From Candidatus Caldarchaeales archaeon (GTDB lineage: Archaea; Thermoproteota; Nitrososphaeria_A; Caldarchaeales; Wolframiiraptoraceae), in contig JBCNVN010000029.1 of assembly GCA_039630055.1 (NCBI GenBank), forward strand, positions 1 through 17,446: a stretch of DNA of 17,446 bases, given 5' to 3'. Positions 8,649 to 16,672 of this stretch are shown here, one piece after another (within the stretch, counting starts at the first letter, position 1; each line of letters begins with the position of its first letter). A program made the position numbers and the translations under genes. The notes beneath the pieces were generated by a model, which worked only from the letters and a program-made list of their open reading frames with translations, made no database searches and was not told where the DNA came from.

Positions 8649-9650
8649 ATGGAGGGCGGCTTTCCGGTCTCGAGAACTATCATGGTATCCATCATCATTA
8701 TATCTTTAATGGCTGGCGTGGCTATCGGTTTATACTCTAGCTCGTACTCAGCTCAAAGCTCCACAAAGATTGTAACCATCACCGTAACGGAGACCACGGT
8801 TTCATCTGCCATAAACATTCTTAGTATTCAACCATACACACCTATAGAGATCGGGGAAGGCTCAAAAATGAAGATACAATTCTACATGTACGCTATCAAT
8901 TACTCTGAACAGAACCCTGGCTGTAGAGACTACATTTTTGAAGTCTTGGTGAAGGCCGTCAGGATACCACAGAATGTAAAGCTCCTCACCATTAGAGATG
9001 TGACACTCTTAGTTAAAGAGTTCGTGAAGATACCTATAAGAATGTTCGCAGATACAGATATGACTTTCGAGACCGTGGAGGGACACCTGTACGCTGAGAG
9101 ATTCAAGATAAATAATTGTAAGTTATTTGGAGTGGGGGTTCCAGTATGTTATGAATCAAAAGCCAACCTAGAAGTGGTCATCGACATAAATTATCTAGAT
9201 GGGCGTGTAGAGACAGTAACCGAATACTCAGAAGACTTCATTCTAGGAGCGAAAGGACTATGTGCAAATATCTCATTCGAGAAGTTGGATTCCTTATGTC
9301 ATCACATAAAGTCTCACTTTAAATGCAGCGTAGAAGTGAGTATTCTCCAGTATGAACACATGCTTCCAGAACCTCCAGAGGTTCCAAGAATGATAGAGCA
9401 GAGATGCCCACTACCCACCGAGCGTCCACACAACCCGATCCATATCTATCCCACTTCTGTTATCCACGGGCTTGAACCTATCCTAGAGATCTGGGTAAAC
9501 GACAAACCCGCTATTACGTTCAGGTCACCTCAACCCTTCGGTACATTTGAAATCCAGTCGACGATAGAGAATTGGGAAGAAAGATTAGTCTATATCCCTC
9601 CCTTCCGGGGAGAGAAACCGATAATCCTCCTTTACAGTCGCCCTGATTAA
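8649..9650 (+). CDS. Membrane-anchored/exported hypothetical protein
   Basis: 333 aa; N-terminal hydrophobic helix IMVSIIIISLMAGVAIGLY, Ser/Thr-rich linker TITVTETTV, beta-rich Cys-containing remainder. Confidence 0.8.
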   Translation: MEGGFPVSRTIMVSIIIISLMAGVAIGLYSSSYSAQSSTKIVTITVTETTVSSAINILSIQPYTPIEIGEGSKMKIQFYMYAINYSEQNPGCRDYIFEVLVKAVRIPQNVKLLTIRDVTLLVKEFVKIPIRMFADTDMTFETVEGHLYAERFKINNCKLFGVGVPVCYESKANLEVVIDINYLDGRVETVTEYSEDFILGAKGLCANISFEKLDSLCHHIKSHFKCSVEVSILQYEHMLPEPPEVPRMIEQRCPLPTERPHNPIHIYPTSVIHGLEPILEIWVNDKPAITFRSPQPFGTFEIQSTIENWEERLVYIPPFRGEKPIILLYSRPD

Positions 9651-9830
9651 AGATATGTCTCGAACTATGCTGACATGGTTATATAATGTCTTAACGGTTC
9701 ATACCAGTGAACAAGACTCTCCTCTCTACAATATATGAGAAGTCGGCACCACCATAGTTACTTTTCATGGAAAACTGCTTATATTGATCAGAATTGGTGA
9801 TAGATTTGGTCATCATAAAATTCATTCCTC

Positions 9831-10961
9831 TCATATTCGGATGAGGCAATATTTTTCTAATATTGTTTTCCACATCTCCCTGAATCCTTCAGTTTGTATA
9901 GTAGGTGTGCCCCACGCTGGAGAGCAGTCTGAGGTGAAAATGATCATCTTTCCTTTATCTATCTTATGGATAATTGTCGCTGGAAGGTCTTTTATATCCC
10001 AAAAAGATACAATTTCCTCCCTATTGGTAGCTCTAAACTGGTTTAGGCCTTTGAAAACTAATCCCTGACCTATGCCTCTTATTATTCTCACCTTACGGTT
10101 TAAGCATGACATAATTTTTCCACCCAAATTTTCTTCACCTAAATCATTATAGTCTTTTGTTAAACCATATCCGCCTGTGAGTATCAAGATCTTTCCTTTC
10201 TTCTTTACTTCTTCATCTATGAACCTATGCACCGAATTTTTATCACAATACCTCAGACTTACATCGCTAAGTATCACTATATCATACTCAGTGAGATCTT
10301 GGAATAGCTGCGGAAGATAGCTCTCATTTTTCTCCATAGGCACACTTCTTATATGCATTAAATAACCTCTTAATTGACGAAGCGCACGATCTAGATATTG
10401 TAAGTAACTATAGTTTGGCTCTCCATAGTGGAATATCCTAACTATTTTATCTCTAGGTATAATATTTTCCATCTTTTTGATTAAGCTATCTGAAATTTCT
10501 GTCTGTTCACTGATCCAGTTAAACAACTCAATGATAACTTTTTGGGAGACCTCTTCAACATCAATTCCTACGTCTTCAAATATCCTCGTCGTGATTGGGA
10601 GAGTACTTGCAATCTTCTCAATGTAGCTCTTGGTCTTTTCCGTAAGCTTATCCCTGTAGATCTGGATGAGGAATCTGGGCTTCATCTGTGGGGGTAAACT
10701 TAATGTTTTCACTAAATTTTCTATGATTTGAGATCCTGAAGTTGCCGTCTCAAATTCAAATGTGATAAAGATCTCGGATACTGGCTCTCTAACTCTCCAA
10801 ACACAATCCATGTGGCCTTTTGGTATACCGAACTCTAATTTCGACTCAAATCCCAATATGTCTCCAATCTCTTTAAATTTCTCTTTCATCATATGGTGCC
10901 AATTATTATTACGCACATCACTTATTATGCTCGAGTGATAGATAAAGGTGAAAGTAACCAT
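9831..10961 (-). CDS. Fusion of PD-(D/E)xK nuclease-like domain and GATase1-like (DUF1355) domain
   Basis: N-term IGDILGFESKLE...HMDCVW...ITFEFET; C-term YDIVILSDV, ILILTGGYG, KGKMIIFTSDCSPAWG; true start possibly GTG 10916. Confidence 0.75.
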   Translation of the reverse strand: MVTFTFIYHSSIISDVRNNNWHHMMKEKFKEIGDILGFESKLEFGIPKGHMDCVWRVREPVSEIFITFEFETATSGSQIIENLVKTLSLPPQMKPRFLIQIYRDKLTEKTKSYIEKIASTLPITTRIFEDVGIDVEEVSQKVIIELFNWISEQTEISDSLIKKMENIIPRDKIVRIFHYGEPNYSYLQYLDRALRQLRGYLMHIRSVPMEKNESYLPQLFQDLTEYDIVILSDVSLRYCDKNSVHRFIDEEVKKKGKILILTGGYGLTKDYNDLGEENLGGKIMSCLNRKVRIIRGIGQGLVFKGLNQFRATNREEIVSFWDIKDLPATIIHKIDKGKMIIFTSDCSPAWGTPTIQTEGFREMWKTILEKYCLIRI

Positions 10962-10995
10962 GTAAAAAGAATGATAAAGTCGATTTTACATAGGA

Positions 10996-11174
10996 ATGCC
11001 ATCCTCAGTATATACTAGAATTATATTTGAATATCATATCTATGTCGAAGACTCGATCAAGATAGCCTCGGCTAGAAAGGTAGATGCATACACTTCCTCT
11101 AAGGTGATCTTGAACTTTGCGAAGTTGCTGAAAAGAAAGGTTTCAAACCTGTTCCAGTCAATGATCAGAGTTAA
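10996..11174 (+). pseudogene. C-terminal fragment of a vapC (PIN) gene
   Basis: IIFEYHIYVEDSIKIASARKVDA, then frameshift to HFL*GDLELCEVAEKKGFKPV; N-terminal half missing. Confidence 0.75.
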
Positions 11175-11890
11175 ATGAAGGTTGAATAACTTAGGGATCA
11201 GAAATTTTACTTTGATCAGGAACATTATAACCAGCCTCCAAATCCTCGACATCTTTAACTACTCTCCCAGTCAAACTACATCTAGATATAATACAACATC
11301 AGATCACAAAAGAGGAAAACTTCTGTATTAGCAGGAATCATCTATTAAGAGGAAGATGGTAGAGTGTAATCGATATTTTGCCTTACAAGGTTTTATGAAG
11401 GAATGAGTTCACGACTCACTTCTTTCAAGCATCATCACAAGTCGGATCCCGGGCTAAAATCATCGTCCATGAAATGTTTTTGAAACAATTAAAAGAATTT
11501 TCAAATATTGGATGAAGACCTTTAACCCAAATTAAATTTGGTGCACTATATCATATACTAGTGTTTCAGCGAAATGTACTCCAGTCTTAACATGATCCGT
11601 TTTAAAATGATTGTTCACTCACGTCAATATTAAATTTTTTATTTAATCTCTATATAGGATTCTCTGAAAATTCTACTTTATAGTTTACCAAAAATTTATA
11701 GAATCTCTATGGCTTATTCTTAAGCTGCTTCTCAAGTTTAGATATTTGTCTCTATAAGGATGGATGTTAAGAGGTTCTCTCCCTTGGAGTAGGATTCCGA
11801 GTACTTCCACATAAATTCTTCAACTCTTTATCCTTAAGAGTATAGCTTAATATTATTGCGGCCTTCGTAATCTGTGTCTGTTAAAGATTT

Positions 11891-12454
11891 TCATTCTTCT
11901 TTTTTAAGTAACATTTTGTAATTCATTATACCCGAATGGTATTTGACCAATTCATATCCTATATCTAAAGAGATCCGTAGAATCTCTCTAGGATTGGTTC
12001 CATGCCCCAGAGATCTCGAACTGATTGGGTCAACTATCAATAGACTTCCATTTTTGCGAAGTTTTTTGTAAGTATTTTCTAGTGCTTTTCTTCTATCTTT
12101 GAAATGGTGGAGGCTGAAGAACATTATGGCTTTATCGATACTTTCATTAAGCACTGTGGACATATCTTCAGCACTATCTTCTAAAATGATCACGTTCTCC
12201 AGATTGTATAACTCGACCTTCTTTGATACCTCTCTGAGATAAGACGTATTGTTATCTAGAGCATATACTTTGCCATCTCCTACGATCTTTGACGCAGTCT
12301 TTACTAGGAAACCTGTACCGCATCCTATGTCTAGAAAGTTTTCTCCAGATTTCAGTTCTAACTCCCGTAGTATCTTATCTGGGCTATGGAGGAGGATGCG
12401 GAATGGAGACTCTAAGACCGCTCTTTCAAAATAGGTATCATCCCATCTTATCAA
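11891..12454 (-). CDS. Class I SAM-dependent methyltransferase (UbiE-like)
   Basis: FLDIGCGTG motif I, VYALD, SLHHF, LRKNGSLLIVD. Confidence 0.9.
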   Translation of the reverse strand: MIRWDDTYFERAVLESPFRILLHSPDKILRELELKSGENFLDIGCGTGFLVKTASKIVGDGKVYALDNNTSYLREVSKKVELYNLENVIILEDSAEDMSTVLNESIDKAIMFFSLHHFKDRRKALENTYKKLRKNGSLLIVDPISSRSLGHGTNPREILRISLDIGYELVKYHSGIMNYKMLLKKEE

Positions 12455-12707
12455 TATCTAATCTTCTACTTATCTTATTTCCCTTTATATTTTGTTCTTC
12501 ATATCATAATTAAGAAGATCTCTTCTTTTAGTGGAGAAGCTTTGTTGTAAGGATTGTTTAATCAAGGTTAACGAGAAGAGGTCTTGCTCAACATACTTCA
12601 AGAGTTTTCTGAAGTTAGTAAATTGTCCAGAAGAATCGTAAACCGAGATGAGTCTTGTCACGGAAAACAAGACGAAGATGATTAGATCTCCCCTCTATAC
12701 AGAAATA

Positions 12708-12719
12708 TTAACCGAGCCA
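12708..12719 (+). repeat. TTAACYGAGCCA motif, copy upstream of module 5
   Basis: TTAACCGAGCCA, 11/12 identical to 13544-13555. Confidence 0.55.
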
Positions 12720-12774
12720 ATCCCTTTCTACCCTTTGAGCTCAGCATTTTATAGAGGTTTCTACGATATATAAT

Positions 12775-13170
12775 TTGGTTGAATTATCCTTTAGGGAAGC
12801 TGAAATTATAAGGGAACGTGCCGAAGCCTTTCTTGAGAATGCTGAGAGATTGGTTAATGAGGGAAAATATGACTTAGCTGCCTTCAGTATAGAGCAGTAT
12901 TGTCAGCTCATGTTAAAGTTTAAGCTTCTCTTGAAAACTGGAACCTATCCTAGAATTCATTCGATATTAGGTTTGTTGCGTCTACTGTCTAGTTTGTCAA
13001 AAGATGTTAAGGACTTCGTTGAAGATTCTCAGAACATTCTATATCTAACTAAAATTGAGGATACGTATATAGGTGCTCGATATCTTCCTAGAAGGTATGA
13101 AGAGAGTGAGGTGAAAGACATGTTAAAATTTGTGAAAGAGGTGTTCAAAGCAGTTGTCGAGAGGATTTGA
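12775..13170 (+). CDS. HEPN domain protein, TA module 5 (paralog of 136-522)
   Basis: YDLAAFSIEQYCQLMLK, YPRIHS and YIGARY motifs. Confidence 0.92.
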   Translation: MVELSFREAEIIRERAEAFLENAERLVNEGKYDLAAFSIEQYCQLMLKFKLLLKTGTYPRIHSILGLLRLLSSLSKDVKDFVEDSQNILYLTKIEDTYIGARYLPRRYEESEVKDMLKFVKEVFKAVVERI

Positions 13171-13495
13171 CCTGTATCTGGAGTTTGGAATAAAAAGACT
13201 TGAACAACTTAAAAATTACAAAAGAGTTGCTAGAGAAGTCAAGGAGATAATCCAGAAATTTCTTGGAGAAGTAGATGTCTACGTTTTCGGCTCAGTAGTA
13301 GAAGGTGAGGTCACGGCCTCCAGCGACATTGACATTCTAGTGATCGCAGACAATGCAAACCTTGAAGTAATATACAAGCTTAAAACGACAATAAACAGCT
13401 CAATAGATGCTCCAGTAGAGCTTCACATAGTCTCGTCCAACGATTTCGAGAACTGGTACAAAAGATTCATTAGCAAGCTAGAAAAAGTAATCTAG
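13154..13495 (+). CDS. Minimal nucleotidyltransferase (MNT), TA module 5
   Basis: VYVFGSVVEGEVTASSDIDIL, PVELHIV; 17-nt overlap with HEPN as in module 1. Confidence 0.92.
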   Translation: MSRGFDLYLEFGIKRLEQLKNYKRVAREVKEIIQKFLGEVDVYVFGSVVEGEVTASSDIDILVIADNANLEVIYKLKTTINSSIDAPVELHIVSSNDFENWYKRFISKLEKVI

Positions 13496-13543
13496 ATTTT
13501 ATGAGCCTATCTTAAATCTTAGGATGATTTATTCTATAATCAT

Positions 13544-13555
13544 TTAACTGAGCCA
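13544..13555 (+). repeat. TTAACYGAGCCA motif, copy downstream of module 5
   Basis: TTAACTGAGCCA. Confidence 0.55.
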
Positions 13556-13969
13556 TTTTATACTCCACTCAGATTTTCTAGCGTATCTTGTCTCTTGAAA
13601 GATTAATAAATATTAATTCGGCTTTTTCACATGGATGGTCCTATACTTCATAGTCCTCCTATACCATCAAGTTTCTATTTATCAGTATGATCTGTCCCTC
13701 TTTTCATCTAGTCTGTTGAGTACTCAAGATTTCAATGCAGCCTACAACGAGGTTCTTAAGTTATCAGTGCGATAAAGAAAACTTGGAGATGGAATGACTA
13801 AGATAGTGGTATGGAGGTTGATTAGATGGTGGTTTGATAGTTGAAAGAGTTAAGCCTTATAAGGTGTGGTTGATGATGAAGAGGAGTATGAGGAGGCTAG
13901 TATAAGCTAAAAAGAGCCAGGATCTCGGTTATAGATGTGATCTAAAGTCTGAGGATATTTAAATTTCTG

Positions 13970-13984
13970 AGATAGATTTAAATA
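13970..13984 (+). promoter_or_regulatory. BRE/TATA promoter of AbrB-VapC module 6
   Basis: AGATAGATTTAAATA ending 32 nt before ATG 14017. Confidence 0.65.
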
Positions 13985-14016
13985 TATGAGAAAATAAATT
14001 CTGTCTGGGATATGGT

Positions 14017-14271
14017 ATGAGTGTTAAGACTAGGGTCAGCAAGAAGAATACTCTCTATATTCCTAAGTCTATTGCTGATGCTCTTGGTATCGTAGAAGGC
14101 TCAATATTGAAAATGAATATTGAAGAGGGAAAGCTTGTAATCGAGGTTATTAAAGATCCTTTCTGGCTAGCTCTAAAAGGGCCTAAATTCAGTTCAACTA
14201 CATTTGAAGAATTTGAGGAAGAGTCTGAAGAGTTACAGGAGGAGATATTCCATAAAGAGGATACTTCTTGA
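14017..14271 (+). CDS. vapB: AbrB-family antitoxin (VapB), module 6
   Basis: RVSKKNTLYIPKSIADALGIVEG AbrB fold; acidic tail FEEFEEESEELQEE. Confidence 0.9.
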   Translation: MSVKTRVSKKNTLYIPKSIADALGIVEGSILKMNIEEGKLVIEVIKDPFWLALKGPKFSSTTFEEFEEESEELQEEIFHKEDTS

Positions 14272-14701
14272 TTCAACGTACCTTCTTCCAATAGTAGGTG
14301 TTTCAGTCAGCAGTGTTGAGAAAGTTCTACAAGTGTTAGAGAAACTATATAGATCAAGGACTATTGAAATTTACTATACAGAATTCAATATTCTTGAAAT
14401 AATCGGTAAACTAAGTAAGATAAAATATGATGTGGAAGTAGTAGAGGCTGGGCTTAACTCTATAGTAGAGAATTTCAAACATGCGTCTCCTACATCACGG
14501 TCTTATCTAACAGCATTAAAGTTTAGATCTACTGGTTTCAGAGACTTGATAGACCTCCTACTCTACACTACTTCAGTAGAAAACAATCTTAAGATGCTTA
14601 CTAGAGATATAGACTTATTCGAGTTCCTAAGAAGAGTTGAAGGAAAGAAGCCGAATACAATAATCTTAGAAGACGAGTTCTTAAAAACCTACCTATTATG
14701 A
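14204..14701 (+). CDS. vapC: PIN-domain toxin VapC, module 6
   Basis: ILLDSTYLLP, NILE, DLIDLLLY, LTRD; start uncertain (TTG 14204 or ATA 14252). Confidence 0.88.
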   Translation: MKNLRKSLKSYRRRYSIKRILLDSTYLLPIVGVSVSSVEKVLQVLEKLYRSRTIEIYYTEFNILEIIGKLSKIKYDVEVVEAGLNSIVENFKHASPTSRSYLTALKFRSTGFRDLIDLLLYTTSVENNLKMLTRDIDLFEFLRRVEGKKPNTIILEDEFLKTYLL

Positions 14702-14707
14702 ACTCCA

Positions 14708-14824
14708 TTAGAGATGTACAGGAAGATGCTTGATGAAGCTCTCGACAAACTGGAGAGAATTTTAGCGAGGATGCAGCCTGAAGAATTTACAGGATTGGTA
14801 AGGGAGAGTCACGAAGAGAGATGA
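14708..14824 (+). pseudogene. C-terminal remnant of a VapB antitoxin
   Basis: LEMYRKMLDEALDKLERILARMQPEEFTGLVRESHEER*; ATGA overlap with the vapC start; DNA-binding N-terminus absent. Confidence 0.7.
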
Positions 14825-15299
14825 TGTTTCAATTTGATTCATCTGCAATTCTAAACATAACAAGGCATTATGGACGTGAAGCCCGTAAAATGCTTATGGA
14901 CAACTTGACACCACCTCACGCACGATATGAGATTGGAAACGCACTTCGGAAGGAAACCATATTGCTAAAATGAATAAGCATTGAGGAAGCTCTTGAGGCC
15001 ATATCTCTGCTGGATAAAATCCTGAAGATTATGGATATTGGGGTCTCGTCAGATAGTAATACTGTTCTTAAGTTAGCACACGATCTTCAGATAACATATA
15101 TGATGCATCATATGTGCTCGTAGCTGTAGATAGAAATGCAAAATTGGTAACAGATGATGCTAAATTAACAAGCAAGATGGAAAAGAATATTGATGCTATC
15201 ATCAAGATATTGGAAAAGAAGCTTGAAGTGTTATCAAGCGATAAAATCCAACATCTATGTAAATCACCTAAACCTCTAACACCCATGCAACATAATTAA
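14821..15299 (+). pseudogene. vapC pseudogene
   Basis: MMFQFDSSAIL...YEIGNALRKE...; TGA at 14971-14973; frameshift near 15097-15101 (LQIT/YDASYV); KLVTDD. Confidence 0.88.
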
Positions 15300-15988
15300 T
15301 TTAGTGAGGGGAAAATGTCAATGCTCTCGAAATATGTTTGAAAGATAATATTTTTGACTGGAGCAGAATGGGAAAATTGTTCTGAGATGAGAGTTATAGG
15401 TATTTAAGAAGATGGCAATTCTAGAATTTAGTTTGAGGGTAATTGAGGAGAAATAAGAAGGGCAGATAGATTTATCAATACAGGGACTACTGGAAAAACT
15501 TACATATTTATAAACGCTAGGACTCTATTTCAAAATGCCTATTATGAAAGTATATTTGAATTCTTTATCATTCTCTGTCTATCTTTCTTCTCTCAAACTT
15601 TTAAGATGGAAATTAGTAACTGAAAAATAGTATCTTTTTAGGAGTACTAAATTATTGGGTACTCTCTACTTTTGCGGAAACTCGTTCTGGATTAAGCTAA
15701 TCATGATAAATTAACTCAATAGCTCACAGGGACACGTAACTCAAACTCCTTGCAGCCAAGCACCAAAAACCAAATGCTCTTAACACCTTTATACTTACCA
15801 TGTAGGAGAACCTCATCACCAATGACCCCGTGCAACCAAGATTTGAAGAAGATTATGATTTCGACCACGACAAGACATTGGGAAACATGTTGTTTATACT
15901 ACTTATATCAATGAAGTCTAACATCAGGTAAGCAAGCACCCTAAGATATGAAAAATTATAAACTCCTAATCTGATAAAATTACAAAAT

Positions 15989-16234
15989 TTAAAATCCTTC
16001 CCACACTTCCTTAAATAACTCTAAAGCATCATTCATAGTTAATATTCTTGGTTGTCGGTCTAGGAAACGCTTGCTTTTCAATGCATTAGCTACAAGGTTT
16101 GGTATTTCCTCTTTAGGTATTCTTGCTTCTCTTAAATTTGTCGGCGACTTCACATCTTCGATCAACTGCTTGACCGCCGATACAACTCTTAAAGTAATCG
16201 TTTCTTCATCTATACCTTGAGTGTTATATAAGTT
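15989..16234 (-). pseudogene. C-terminal fragment of an iron-containing alcohol dehydrogenase
   Basis: Stop-to-stop frame with no N-terminus: VVSAVKQLIEDVKSPTNLREARIPKEEIPNLVANALKSKRFLDRQPRILTMNDALELFKEVWEGF*, the typical Fe-ADH tail. Confidence 0.8.
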
Positions 16235-16344
16235 TCACCTTTCGATCTCTCAGTAACTTCTCATATTTGATGCTTGACCTATTCCTGTGAAGGATTATAC
16301 CGTGGTAGTTAACCTTCAGAGGTATGCTAACCCTCCAGTAAATC

Positions 16345-16418
16345 TACTCATAGTCTTACCCAATTATTCTTTTTGTGGGAAAACTCAAATTAGTGGGTAT
16401 AAATGTTTTTTGTGGGTA
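16345..16418 (+). promoter_or_regulatory. Repeated GTGGG/ACYCA boxes, probable AbrB operator array of module 7
   Basis: GTGGG at 16375, 16393, 16412 (spacing 18, 19); inverse-type TACTCA 16345, TACCCA 16357, AACTCA 16382. Confidence 0.6.
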
Positions 16419-16423
16419 GAAGC

Positions 16424-16672
16424 ATGAGCATCCTCCACATAGATGAAAGAGGTAGGATAACCCTACCTAAGGAAGTAAGAGGGAAATGGAGGAGAGTAGT
16501 AGTAATACCGGCAGGAAGCTTCGCCGTTCTAATACCGATTCCAGAGCCTTCTGAAGAGATCTCTTTTAATTGGATGCCATCTAAGAAAGAAAGGTACGAG
16601 CTAAGGTTACTGGCTGAAAGTCTTGCCCGTAAAGATGCCATAGCTAGAACAAAGAGGCGGCGACAGTTATGA
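16424..16672 (+). CDS. vapB: AbrB-family antitoxin (VapB), module 7
   Basis: Likely start ATG 16424: MSILHIDERGRITLPKEVR; ATGA overlap with vapC. Confidence 0.88.
   Translation: MSILHIDERGRITLPKEVRGKWRRVVVIPAGSFAVLIPIPEPSEEISFNWMPSKKERYELRLLAESLARKDAIARTKRRRQL

Noticed and set aside
9691-9873. 60-aa minus ORF downstream of the nuclease-GATase gene
   Set aside because: Short, overlaps the upstream gene, no convincing family; cannot be called a partner gene.
11690-11880. Possible PIN N-terminal relic on the minus strand
   Set aside because: Needs several arbitrary frameshifts; no clear catalytic motif.
12485-12670. 61-aa minus ORF
   Set aside because: No motif, and alternative frames are equally plausible.
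5621-13727. Short palindromes TCGAATTCGA (5621-5630), CCAAATT-A-AATTTGG (11527-11541), TTGAGTACTCAA (13716-13727)
   Set aside because: Lengths expected by chance in 17 kb of AT-rich DNA; no shared consensus.
13630-13910. AbrB-like scraps (minus RLDEK/GQIIL; plus VVWRL/GGLIVERVKP)
   Set aside because: Too short and frameshifted to distinguish from chance without an HMM search.
15535-15630. 31-aa ORF MPIMKVYLNS... after a TATA-like box
   Set aside because: Faint resemblance to a PIN start but lacks the Asp and is too short to support.
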